Shown piece after piece: positions 18,069-27,213 of a stretch of 64,000 nucleotides of DNA (positions are counted from its first letter, which is position 1; each line of letters opens with the position of its first letter). Origin of the DNA: a virus (Duplodnaviria > Caudoviricetes); the IMG/VR virus record IMGVR_UViG_3300018495_000013, positions 62 through 64,061 of that record. One strand, given 5' to 3'. Both the position numbers and the translations under genes were made by a program. The notes under the pieces were generated by a model, which saw only the letters and a list, made by a program, of their open reading frames with translations, did not search any database and was not told where the DNA came from.

Positions 18069-18785
18069 ATGTTAGAAAAATACCTAAACAAAATAACTTG
18101 TGGCGATAGTTATGAGTTGATAAAGGAATTGCCAGATAAGAGTGTTGATTGTGTTTATACCGACATACCCTATTTGTATTGTAATGGTGGAGTAGGACAT
18201 AGCGAAATGTGTGTACGAACTGCGCGAAAAAAAGAAGAATTAAAAGAAATTAGCAATGGCATTGACTACTCAATTCTTGATGAATTTAAGCGTGTATGCA
18301 AGAAAGTAAATATCTTTATTTGGTGTAGCAAAATGCAACTTCTTGATATTATGAAATGGGGGGGGGAGTACAACACAGACTTGTTAGTATGGTGTAAAAC
18401 AAACCCAACACCACAAACAAATAATGTATGGTTGCCTGACCTTGAATATTGTATTCATATAAGAGAGAAAGGCGTACCATTAAACGATGGATATGACCTA
18501 AAAAGCAAGTGGTATATTACACCTGCTAACAAACAAGACAAGGATAGATTTAATCATCCTACAATCAAACCATTGCCACTTGTAAAAAGACACTTATTGC
18601 ACGCAACTCAACCAAATGATATTGTGCTTGATACCTTTGGTGGCGTTGCGACAACGGCTGTTGCCTGTCAAGAAATAGGAAGAAATTTCATATTGTTTGA
18701 AATAGAGCAAAAATGGTGTGATATTGGAAAAGATAGACTAAATAACATTGATGCAAACGGACAAACTTGTTTATTTTTAAATTAA
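18069..18785 (+). CDS. N4/N6 DNA methyltransferase (beta class)
   Basis: TDIPY (DPPY variant), HPTIKP, VLDTFGGVATT; internal G9 tract at 18358-18366. Confidence 0.85.
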   Translation: MLEKYLNKITCGDSYELIKELPDKSVDCVYTDIPYLYCNGGVGHSEMCVRTARKKEELKEISNGIDYSILDEFKRVCKKVNIFIWCSKMQLLDIMKWGGEYNTDLLVWCKTNPTPQTNNVWLPDLEYCIHIREKGVPLNDGYDLKSKWYITPANKQDKDRFNHPTIKPLPLVKRHLLHATQPNDIVLDTFGGVATTAVACQEIGRNFILFEIEQKWCDIGKDRLNNIDANGQTCLFLN

Positions 18786-18800
18786 AGGAGAGAATTAAAA

Positions 18801-19223
18801 ATGGAAAAAAGAAAGAACGAACTTAATTCAAGACAATGGAAACTTTATAACTACCTAAAAGATAGAGGCGATGAATGGACACCACAATGGCTAATCGCCC
18901 TTGAATTACCAGAATATGGATATGATGGCAACGAGCATTATGCAAGTTTCCACGATAGCAAAGCAAGACATAAAATCACGAACGATATTCGTGCGTTAAA
19001 CAAATCTTCGGTTATCCAAAAGATAATTTTGAGTGGCTCAAATGGCGTCAAAATTGCAAACGAGCAAGAGTTTGATAATTATATGGCAAAGAGATTTTCG
19101 CAAGCAATTCGCAGACTAGAGTACCTTAAAAACCTATCAAGAAAAGGTGGTCGTGACGGACAAATGCGTATTACTCTTGGAAAGCACGAAAGAGATACCA
19201 TAGAGGCATTTTTAAATGAATAA
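18801..19223 (+). CDS. Hypothetical protein, possible wHTH N-terminus
   Basis: LNSRQWKLYNYLK...IALEL. Confidence 0.65.
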   Translation: MEKRKNELNSRQWKLYNYLKDRGDEWTPQWLIALELPEYGYDGNEHYASFHDSKARHKITNDIRALNKSSVIQKIILSGSNGVKIANEQEFDNYMAKRFSQAIRRLEYLKNLSRKGGRDGQMRITLGKHERDTIEAFLNE

Positions 19224-19677
19224 GTTTAATGAAACACTAAAACAAAAAATGGAAGAATTAAAGTATCAGCAAAAAGAACTTGCGAAAGAAATAGGTGTGA
19301 ATAGAACTCAATTCCATCGTTGGAACACGCATACATATTCCCCAAACTTTAGTTCTTTAGTCGGGCTTGCTGATTCTTTAATCTGCTCCATAGACGAACT
19401 TGTAGGCAGAGAATACAATGGTGGGTTTTCAGCCGAATACCTAAACCTTGACTTCTCTACAATATTAAAATTAAAGCGCAAAGAATTGGGCATAAGTCAA
19501 AGACAATTAGCAAAAAAACTTAACACAACTCAATGCAATGTTCACTATTGGGAAAATGGTAGGTTTAGACCCAATATAATAGACTTAATTTCTTTGGCAG
19601 ATATATTTGGTTGCTCAATAGACGAATTAGTAGGTAGAAGAAATTATAAAACAACAAAAAGGAGAGCAATATGCTAA
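19216..19677 (+). CDS. XRE-family regulator with two tandem HTH domains
   Basis: Two copies of Q.ELAK..G/N...WE/WN...P...L..LAD...CSIDELVGR. Confidence 0.88.
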   Translation: MNKFNETLKQKMEELKYQQKELAKEIGVNRTQFHRWNTHTYSPNFSSLVGLADSLICSIDELVGREYNGGFSAEYLNLDFSTILKLKRKELGISQRQLAKKLNTTQCNVHYWENGRFRPNIIDLISLADIFGCSIDELVGRRNYKTTKRRAIC

Positions 19678-19901
19678 CAAATACTTATTTAGATAAAACA
19701 AGAGTTAAAATAAAGTATAAGATAGAGCAAGGTGAATACCTATGTGTTTATTATCAAGATTGTTCAGGCGGTTGGAAGATATGGAGATTAACCATATTCA
19801 AAAACGGAAAAAGCATTATAAACGAAACACTAGCGTTCCCATTAACGAAAGAAGAAGTAAAAGAAAAACTAGACTACCATCTTAAATTTATAGGAAAGTA
19901 A
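19671..19901 (+). CDS. Hypothetical protein
   Basis: Overlap-coupled ORF. Confidence 0.6.
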   Translation: MLTNTYLDKTRVKIKYKIEQGEYLCVYYQDCSGGWKIWRLTIFKNGKSIINETLAFPLTKEEVKEKLDYHLKFIGK

Positions 19902-19919
19902 AAATAATGGAGAATAGCA

Positions 19920-20249
19920 ATGGGCGAAGAAAACAATGGCAAAATGTATGTAAAGTTTGAAGGCGAAAAATGGGAAGAGTTTGTAGGTATAAAAGAAGTA
20001 CCTGCCCCCAAAGGTGATAATAACCCAAGATTTGGCTTTTATTTTCCAATGTTTGAAAAGGCTCTTGAGTTTTCTTGTAATAGTTGGAGTGCCTTTGGAA
20101 CTATACTTATTGACGAAATAGTAAAGAACGCTCCAAACAAGAGAGTAGCACACTTGATTAGACACGGCAAATGGCTCACTAAAAAGAAGAATATTAAAAG
20201 AGCAATTTGCGAAGATTGCAAAAAGGAGAAAAGTAATGAAAAAGATTGA
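19920..20249 (+). CDS. Hypothetical protein
   Basis: SD-led ORF. Confidence 0.6.
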   Translation: MGEENNGKMYVKFEGEKWEEFVGIKEVPAPKGDNNPRFGFYFPMFEKALEFSCNSWSAFGTILIDEIVKNAPNKRVAHLIRHGKWLTKKKNIKRAICEDCKKEKSNEKD

Positions 20250-20535
20250 TTTGAAAGAAATATCACCTATCGTAGAACTACTTGGTGAAGAAAGAGTAGA
20301 TAAACTTAAAGACAGAATATGTGCAGCAATTATAACACAAGTAGAGCGGGATTTAGAAAATTGGGGAGAATATCTTGTCTATCCACCTGACTTTGAACAT
20401 ATCTTCGATGAAGCATACGAAAGCATAGAAAAGAAGTTAAAGAAAATCTATACCGACAAGGCATTGGAAGTTGCACAAAAAGCAGTAGAACAAATGAGCA
20501 AAGGAGTAATTAAAAATGAAAGCAGTAATGATTAG
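20236..20535 (+). CDS. Hypothetical protein
   Basis: SD-led ORF. Confidence 0.7.
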   Translation: MKKIDLKEISPIVELLGEERVDKLKDRICAAIITQVERDLENWGEYLVYPPDFEHIFDEAYESIEKKLKKIYTDKALEVAQKAVEQMSKGVIKNESSND

Positions 20536-21052
20536 TGTTTCACCTAAAATGTGTGAAAAAGTAGCAAGTGGCGATTGCACGATTTTAGTAAGAAAGACAA
20601 GACCAAAGATAGATATTCCCTTTAAGTGTTATATCTATTGCCCTTATGGAAATATGAAAGATAATTATTGTTTAAGTAAGCGAGGCAAAGTCATCGGAGA
20701 ATTTGTTTGCGATGGTATATATGGTATTTTTGACTTTCTACCGTATGATGCTGATGATATACACCACTCAATTTTGCCTTATGTTTTAGAGCAAACTTGC
20801 CTTCAAGATTACGAGATTGACGAGTATCTTGGAGCAAAAGATGGCTATGGTTGGCACATAAGCGACCTTGTTATCTATGACAAGCCGAGAGCGGTTGGAG
20901 AGTTTTATAGAGAGTGCAAGGGTATTTGCGTTGATACGGCTAAAAAAATACTTTGCTTAAAAACTAAAACATTAAAGAGTTTTGGGTGTGATAGAAAATT
21001 GCAACTCACAAAACCCCCACAAAGTTGGCAATATGTTGAAGAAAAGGAGTAA
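20516..21052 (+). CDS. ASCH/PUA-like domain protein
   Basis: MISVSPKMCEKVASG..TILVRK, VIGEF, PPQSWQYV. Confidence 0.75.
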   Translation: MKAVMISVSPKMCEKVASGDCTILVRKTRPKIDIPFKCYIYCPYGNMKDNYCLSKRGKVIGEFVCDGIYGIFDFLPYDADDIHHSILPYVLEQTCLQDYEIDEYLGAKDGYGWHISDLVIYDKPRAVGEFYRECKGICVDTAKKILCLKTKTLKSFGCDRKLQLTKPPQSWQYVEEKE

Positions 21053-21056
21053 TAAT

Positions 21057-21266
21057 ATGACCGAAAGAGAGAAAGTAATTGTATCAGCATATACAGGCTT
21101 TTTAATGTGTGATTTCAACGATTTACATAAGTACATTGAAGAAAAAATGCAAAGACCTGTATTCACTCACGAGTTGGCAAGTGAAAAGTTTATGGAAGAA
21201 TTGAGAGAAAAGATAAAATACGACTTTGTTGGTTTATGTAAAGAAAAGGAGAACGAAAATGAGTGA
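21057..21266 (+). CDS. Hypothetical protein
   Basis: SD before MTEREKVIVSAYTG. Confidence 0.65.
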   Translation: MTEREKVIVSAYTGFLMCDFNDLHKYIEEKMQRPVFTHELASEKFMEELREKIKYDFVGLCKEKENENE

Positions 21267-21522
21267 TTATAAGGTAAGCGACTTCACACATTTACTTTAT
21301 ATTAGAAAGTATAGCATTATAGCAAATGATTATATTCTATATGTTTGCGGTGTTAAAACAAACGATATTCTACATACTGTCGGCGAGATATATTTTCGTT
21401 CATTTGAATCAATTAAAAGAGTTGACTTTGTAAAATGCACACAATCAAGTTTAGATTATATAAAAGAAAAAGGATTAATTATTTATCCGTTTATAGATAA
21501 ATATAAGGCAGGTGATTTATGA
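21259..21522 (+). CDS. Hypothetical protein
   Basis: Shares a 28-nt SD/start block with the 12338 ORF. Confidence 0.65.
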   Translation: MSDYKVSDFTHLLYIRKYSIIANDYILYVCGVKTNDILHTVGEIYFRSFESIKRVDFVKCTQSSLDYIKEKGLIIYPFIDKYKAGDL

Positions 21523-22118
21523 TTAAAAAGGACATAAAGAAGAGTCAAATCGAAATCAATGAGGAGTGGTTTTTTAATGGTGGTAGTGATAACATGAATA
21601 GGTTGGAGCGAGTGTGTTATTTAGTTGAAGAGTGTGGTTGGCATGATGAAACCGCTATGGATATGGTATATGGGATAGGAGAAACGAAAATGAGTGATTA
21701 TAGAAGATTGACAATGGAAGGAAGCATTTTTGACAATATTATAAATTGCGTTGTTTGCCCAAATAAAACCGAAAATTATAATTGTAGGAAAGATAAGACA
21801 AATTGTTTGAACGCAGTTATAAACCGCCTTGCCGAGTTGGAAGATAAGATAGAGAACGGTACTTTGGTAGAGTTGCCTTGTAAGGTGGGGGATAAACTTT
21901 TTATTATAGCAAAACTTGTAAATAGTGGTGAATGGGTTTTATCAAATGATTATTCAGTCGGGGACTTCATTGTTACAGATATTTATCTAAACATAAACAG
22001 AGAACCAAAGTTTAAGGTAAATAGTTACACGATAAAATTAAGCGATTTTGGCAAAACCATATTCCTAACCAAAACCGAAGCCGAAAAAAAATTGAGAGAG
22101 TTAAAGGGGGAAGTATGA
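21519..22118 (+). CDS. Phage protein, paralog A2 (internal SD and ATG at 21690)
   Basis: Residues 58 onward are paralogous to 12338-12748. Confidence 0.75.
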   Translation: MIKKDIKKSQIEINEEWFFNGGSDNMNRLERVCYLVEECGWHDETAMDMVYGIGETKMSDYRRLTMEGSIFDNIINCVVCPNKTENYNCRKDKTNCLNAVINRLAELEDKIENGTLVELPCKVGDKLFIIAKLVNSGEWVLSNDYSVGDFIVTDIYLNINREPKFKVNSYTIKLSDFGKTIFLTKTEAEKKLRELKGEV

Positions 22119-22271
22119 GCGAAAACGATATATGTATAATTTTATTGTTAATAATGACTTTGGTTTTAGCGTTCCAAAATACAAATCAAGAGTTAAAAAT
22201 AGATAGGTTGCAAAACAAAGTAGATATATTAGAACATAATGTAATAGACCTAATTAACAAGGAGAACAACA

Positions 22272-22574
22272 ATGAATAACAAATCAACAATTATAGACTT
22301 TAGAGAATTTGGACTTATTAACCCAACAATAATTCAATTTTGCCCAACCAAAGATGAGTTTATAAGATACGAAATTACAGGAGCAAGTATTGAACAAATT
22401 TGCGAAAAAATTAAAAGACTTGAAAATTTGTTTGGTTGCAATAAGGTAAAATATATAACTTCGCCTTACAATTTAAGAAGTATCAAAGAGCGTTCACTTG
22501 CAAATGTTAGCAAAAGCGTTTGGGAATTATTTAACGAAAACGGAATAAATATACAGGAGAACAACAATGGATAA
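22272..22574 (+). CDS. Hypothetical protein
   Basis: SD-led ORF. Confidence 0.65.
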   Translation: MNNKSTIIDFREFGLINPTIIQFCPTKDEFIRYEITGASIEQICEKIKRLENLFGCNKVKYITSPYNLRSIKERSLANVSKSVWELFNENGINIQENNNG

Positions 22575-22935
22575 GCAAATTGAAGCATTAGCAAAAGAAC
22601 TTGACTATTGCGAAACGCACGATTGCATAGGAGAAAGTTGTGCTAAATGTAGAGCAATATGGCTCATAGAAAATGGCTACCGAAAGATAGACGAAAACTC
22701 GGTGGTGTTGACACAAGAAGAGTTTGATGAGTTTAGAGAAGATAGCGCAAAGGTAAAGTTCTTGAAAAAGCAAATTGAAAAGCAAGCAGTTAAAGAAGTG
22801 CTTGAAAAAATCAATGAAAAACTTTGTACTTTCAAACTTGAAAATAAAAGCAAAGAATTTACAGACGGTTATACCGAAGCAATAGCAGAAGTTTGTGGTA
22901 GATTAGACGAAATCGCAAAATATTACAAAAGTTGA
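22567..22935 (+). CDS. Phage protein, paralog family B
   Basis: MDKQIE.LA..L, GYRKIDENSVVL, QAVKEV. Confidence 0.7.
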   Translation: MDKQIEALAKELDYCETHDCIGESCAKCRAIWLIENGYRKIDENSVVLTQEEFDEFREDSAKVKFLKKQIEKQAVKEVLEKINEKLCTFKLENKSKEFTDGYTEAIAEVCGRLDEIAKYYKS

Positions 22936-22986
22936 TGACTATATGCTCTATATTAAGATTGATAGTATAAGGCTAGTAAAAATGAA

Positions 22987-23015
22987 TATCGCGCAGTAAA
23001 CTTTACTACGCGATA
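22987..23015. other. Candidate recombinase core site (11-7-11 inverted repeat)
   Basis: TATCGCGCAGT-AAACTTT-ACTACGCGATA, arms match 10/11, about 230 bp upstream of the tyrosine recombinase. Confidence 0.4.
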
Positions 23016-23183
23016 GACGGAGGGAAATTGGATAAGAGAAAAATCAAAAAATGTTGACCATTCTTACGCTATATATATATTTTATAACAAAAAAACGAAA
23101 TTGTCAATAGGGAAATTAAAATTTTTTTGGAATAAATTTGTTATACAAAACCCGAAAATGAGAAACAATTTTTGAAAAACGGC

Positions 23184-23212
23184 TTGACAGGTGTCGGTTC
23201 TTCGTGTATAAT
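23184..23212 (+). promoter_or_regulatory. Sigma70 promoter of the recombinase operon
   Basis: TTGACA-N17-TATAAT. Confidence 0.85.
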
Positions 23213-23242
23213 GTTATCAAACCCATTAAAAAGGAGAGAGAA

Positions 23243-23992
23243 ATGGCAAGAGTTAAAAGAAAAATCAAACACGCGCTTAAACCAGAACAAGTGTTGGCAC
23301 TATTAAAACCTTTAGAAAATTCTAGTATTGCAACCAATGTTCGTGATTATGCTGCGTTTGTTATTATGTGGCGTTGTGGAGCAAGAGCAAACGAAATATC
23401 AAAGTTAAGAATGAATAATATTGATATTGCCAATAGGACAATTAGAATAGTAGAAAGTAAAAGTGATGATAGAATCATTATACTAGACGATTTTGCTATT
23501 GCAAAACTTGAAGAATGGCTCAAGATTAGACCTAAATATGCAAGCAAGAGAAACCCATTTGTTTTTTGCATCGCTTCTAACCGAAAAGCGAACTTCAATG
23601 AGCATACAAAGAACATAGAAAAAGATTATGCAATGTTGGAGTATGATATTGCTAGAACTTATTGGACTATCAAATTGCATAAATTGTCCGAAAAGACAGG
23701 GGTATTCTTTGATGAAGGAAGTCGCGGACTAAAACCTGCACACGCCCATTGCTTGCGTACTACTTTTTGTACGGACGGACTGCGAGAAGGTTTTAACATT
23801 GTTGAACTACAAAGGCTTGGCGGTTGGAAATCATTGTCTAGCGTTCAATCTTATGCTCACGCATTTACCGATGAATTGGCTTTAAAAGTGTCGCAAAGGA
23901 AAAGCCCTATAACAACTACGGACGAACAGAAACAAAAAGAAATAGCACGCCTGCAAGCCGAGATTGACCGACTTAAAGGGGAAACTAAATAA
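23243..23992 (+). CDS. Tyrosine recombinase (catalytic domain only, Xer/Int-like)
   Basis: RDYAA...CGARANE, K, HCLR, LGGW, catalytic Y in VQSYAH; SD AAGGAG before ATG 23243. Confidence 0.9.
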   Translation: MARVKRKIKHALKPEQVLALLKPLENSSIATNVRDYAAFVIMWRCGARANEISKLRMNNIDIANRTIRIVESKSDDRIIILDDFAIAKLEEWLKIRPKYASKRNPFVFCIASNRKANFNEHTKNIEKDYAMLEYDIARTYWTIKLHKLSEKTGVFFDEGSRGLKPAHAHCLRTTFCTDGLREGFNIVELQRLGGWKSLSSVQSYAHAFTDELALKVSQRKSPITTTDEQKQKEIARLQAEIDRLKGETK

Positions 23993-25881
23993 TGAAACTA
24001 CGAAACATTTATATAAACAATTTTAGGGGAATAGAAGAAGTAAACATATCTTTTAAATTTGGTATGGATGCAAACATATATGGAGCAAATGGCGTTGGTA
24101 AAAGCACCATCGCAAAAGCAATAGAATGTTTATTTATGCCAGTAGATACGGAAGAAACAGAAGTATATAATGTTTATGATATGTTCGGCTCACAAGCGGA
24201 AATATGCGCGACAATAGAGCATTCTAGTAGAATAATAACGCTAAAAAAAGTATTTAATTCAAAGAGTGAAACAACTTGCTTTTTTGATGACGAAACTATT
24301 TCCTTATCGCAAGAAGAATATCAAGCAAAATTGGAACAAGAGATTGGCATAACTCCAGAAAAGTGGAAAGCGTTGACTTATCCCACAATGAAACTAACCG
24401 ATACCCAACTTTATAATATACTCGAACAATATGTTGAAGAAGTAAGCCTTAAAGATGTTATTTCTAGTGATAGGGAATTATTTACTTTAATAGACGAAAT
24501 TGATAGTATAGCAATCGAGCCTATTATATATAGGCTCAACGAAGATATAGAAAAACTAAAAGACGAAATAGGGTTTTGCGATAAACAATCACAAATTATA
24601 CAAACGAACATAAATAAAAGTGCAAACTTGCAAGATATTGAAGAATTGTTTAAGGCTAAAAAGGAACTAGACGATTTAAAAGACCAAAATAGCGACATTG
24701 ACTTTAAGATTACTAAACTAAAAGCACAATATTCTCCCGAAGTATTGACCGAGAAAATAAAACTTCTTAAACTAAACATTGAAACGCAGGAAGAAGTGTT
24801 GATTAAAAACAAAGAGAAAGCAAGAGCAACGCGAGAAAGAATATATAAAGATTCCGAGTTTGAGTGTGAAAAAGCAAAGAGAGTTTTTGAGAATATTGAA
24901 AACCAATTAAAGCAAAAGGAAGAAGAACTACCTGCTTTGGAAGAAAGATACAACAATGCTAAAATACTATATGACAGCATTGAAACAGGGGTAAGAAAGA
25001 ATTGCCATTATTGCGGAAAAAAATACGACCAAGATAGTAGGCATAGTGCTACTAATAAAGCAAAAAAGGAAATGCAATTAGTAGAAAAAGTAATAAAAGA
25101 AAAGCAATCTGAAATTTATAGGCTCAAAGACAAACTAGATAAAATGCAAGCAAGCATAACAAAAGCCGAAACCTTAATGCAGAAAGCATATAGTGATTGG
25201 TTGAACTTCGACTTCGTTGAAACTACCGAAAATGTTGAGTTGCTTAAATTAAGAACCGAATTGCGCAGAACAGAGAAAGAGCTTGAAAGACAATCAAAGA
25301 CAAAAGAAATAGATGATATGATTGCCGTCAAGGAAGCCAACTTAATCTTAATTAAAGAAAAGCAAACTCTTTTGGAAGTAAACAAGAACATACTTTACCA
25401 CCAAAAAGAATTGAAAAAAATATATAACAAGAAGAAAACATTAAATGAAAAACTAACGGAGTATGAGATTAAAAAAGAACTCTGCGAGAAGTTCAAAAAC
25501 AAACTCTATTCAATTCAAACGCAATCAATACAAAAGAAGTTTAAGGATATAAGAATAGAAATGGACTATGCCAATAAAAAAGCATATATCTATTCTCAAG
25601 ATAGTCTAGTCCAGTACAAAGACGAGAACACCGCAAAACAAATTGAAATTGCACTACGCTTTGCAGATAGCATAGCATTACTAGAACAATGGAACGGATT
25701 TGTTATATTAGACAATATTGAAAGCGTTGATTCTTTGTATTCAAACAGACAAATCATAACAATGCACAAACTTTCTAGCCAACCCATATTTAATGGATAC
25801 TGCGAACTAGACTACATAAAAAATTATGCAGACTGCACTATTCAAAATGGAAATAAAGAATTATTTGTAAAATATTATTAA
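23992..25881 (+). CDS. SMC/SbcC(Rad50)-like ATPase
   Basis: Walker A GANGVGKST, long coiled coil with central CHYC hook, Walker B VILDNIE. Confidence 0.85.
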   Translation: MKLRNIYINNFRGIEEVNISFKFGMDANIYGANGVGKSTIAKAIECLFMPVDTEETEVYNVYDMFGSQAEICATIEHSSRIITLKKVFNSKSETTCFFDDETISLSQEEYQAKLEQEIGITPEKWKALTYPTMKLTDTQLYNILEQYVEEVSLKDVISSDRELFTLIDEIDSIAIEPIIYRLNEDIEKLKDEIGFCDKQSQIIQTNINKSANLQDIEELFKAKKELDDLKDQNSDIDFKITKLKAQYSPEVLTEKIKLLKLNIETQEEVLIKNKEKARATRERIYKDSEFECEKAKRVFENIENQLKQKEEELPALEERYNNAKILYDSIETGVRKNCHYCGKKYDQDSRHSATNKAKKEMQLVEKVIKEKQSEIYRLKDKLDKMQASITKAETLMQKAYSDWLNFDFVETTENVELLKLRTELRRTEKELERQSKTKEIDDMIAVKEANLILIKEKQTLLEVNKNILYHQKELKKIYNKKKTLNEKLTEYEIKKELCEKFKNKLYSIQTQSIQKKFKDIRIEMDYANKKAYIYSQDSLVQYKDENTAKQIEIALRFADSIALLEQWNGFVILDNIESVDSLYSNRQIITMHKLSSQPIFNGYCELDYIKNYADCTIQNGNKELFVKYY

Positions 25882-25893
25882 AGGAGAACAAAA

Positions 25894-26142
25894 ATGACTA
25901 ACAAAGAAAGACAACATAGTTTAGACAAGAAAAAATACTACGCAAGCCAAAAGAAAGGCTATGATTTGAGCGGTAAAATGGACTATTGCCAATATTGCTC
26001 TAAAAAGGCTTTTAATGAAAACAGGTGTACAATACTGCCAGAAGAAAGAGTTACTGGATGTTTCTGTGCCAAAGCATATAATCGAAAAGATTATGTAATA
26101 AAACAAAAGTCAAAATATATAAAGAAAAATGAACAAGTATAG
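25894..26142 (+). CDS. Small Cys-containing protein
   Basis: CQYC..C..C; SD-led. Confidence 0.65.
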   Translation: MTNKERQHSLDKKKYYASQKKGYDLSGKMDYCQYCSKKAFNENRCTILPEERVTGCFCAKAYNRKDYVIKQKSKYIKKNEQV

Positions 26143-26464
26143 GAATAAAAGAGTATGGGCTTTTGGTAGGTGGTGGGATAGTCAGTTTGAATATAATTAT
26201 TATTATTACTTGTTAGAAAAAGAAAAACAAGGAATAATAAATGATTTACAAATACAAGTACCATTTACGCTTATCGACAAAAGCAAGTATGGAACAGCAA
26301 TCAAGTATATTGCGGACTTTGTTTACTACAAAGACAATAAAATGGTCGTAGTGGATGCAAAGGGAGTGAAAACGCCTACATACAAACTCAAAGCAAGACT
26401 TTTTGCCGAAAGGTATGGTTTTGAAATAAAAGAAGTAAGAAATGATAGCAAATGGAGTGTTTGA
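26129..26464 (+). CDS. DUF1064-like PD-(D/E)xK endonuclease
   Basis: NKYRNK, DSQFE, YIADFVY, VVDAKG. Confidence 0.85.
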   Translation: MNKYRNKRVWAFGRWWDSQFEYNYYYYLLEKEKQGIINDLQIQVPFTLIDKSKYGTAIKYIADFVYYKDNKMVVVDAKGVKTPTYKLKARLFAERYGFEIKEVRNDSKWSV

Positions 26465-26524
26465 TATTGACAAAAACGCTAACAAATGCTATAATGTTAT
26501 TAACACTATAAAAGGAGATAGAAA

Positions 26525-26752
26525 ATGAGTATTGAAGATGTAACTAATATGAAAGCAACACCTAATGAAACTGCGGCTCAAAAGGTGAAGTATGGCACTT
26601 TGCTAGAAAATGGTAAAGTAAAAAGTAGTCTATACCTTGACAAAGATACCCATAATGCAATCGTAGAATTGTCTGAAAAGAATGAAAGACATTTCTCTGA
26701 CGAAATTGTATTTAGAGTCAAGAAAAGTTTACCAAAAAAGTATAAGAAGTAG
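26525..26752 (+). CDS. Ribbon-helix-helix (Arc-like) regulator
   Basis: SSLYLDKDTHNAIVELSEKNERHFSDEI; promoter TTGACA..TATAAT at ~26467-26496. Confidence 0.65.
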   Translation: MSIEDVTNMKATPNETAAQKVKYGTLLENGKVKSSLYLDKDTHNAIVELSEKNERHFSDEIVFRVKKSLPKKYKK

Positions 26753-26761
26753 GAGAGAAAT

Positions 26762-27199
26762 ATGTATATTTGCAGAGAGTGCGGAAGTTTAGTTCACGAA
26801 ACAACAACCCATAGATACTATGATAGAGTAGATGGGAATTGGGCAATGAGTGGATATGTTGAAGAATCAAACTGTTGCAGTTGCGGTGGAGATTTTGTAG
26901 AAGCCGAAAATTGCAAAATTTGCGATGCGTGGATAAACCCCGAACATGGTAAAATTTGTGAAGAATGTTTGAAAGAAGAAATGACCATTGATAATGCGAT
27001 AGAATATAGCAGAAAGTATGGCTATGGGTACAGCGTTGACCTTCCCGACTTTTTTGAGATATATACCGCAAATGAAATCGAAGAAATCTTAAAGGCTTAT
27101 ATTATTTCAACCGAAGATAAAGGTGAAAAAAATGTAAAAGAATATTGCGAAAACGACATTAGTTGTTTTAGTAATTTTTTAGAAAACAAACATGATTAA
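26762..27199 (+). CDS. Zn-ribbon hypothetical protein
   Basis: Multiple CxxC pairs. Confidence 0.7.
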   Translation: MYICRECGSLVHETTTHRYYDRVDGNWAMSGYVEESNCCSCGGDFVEAENCKICDAWINPEHGKICEECLKEEMTIDNAIEYSRKYGYGYSVDLPDFFEIYTANEIEEILKAYIISTEDKGEKNVKEYCENDISCFSNFLENKHD

Positions 27200-27213
27200 C
27201 AGGAAGAATAAAT

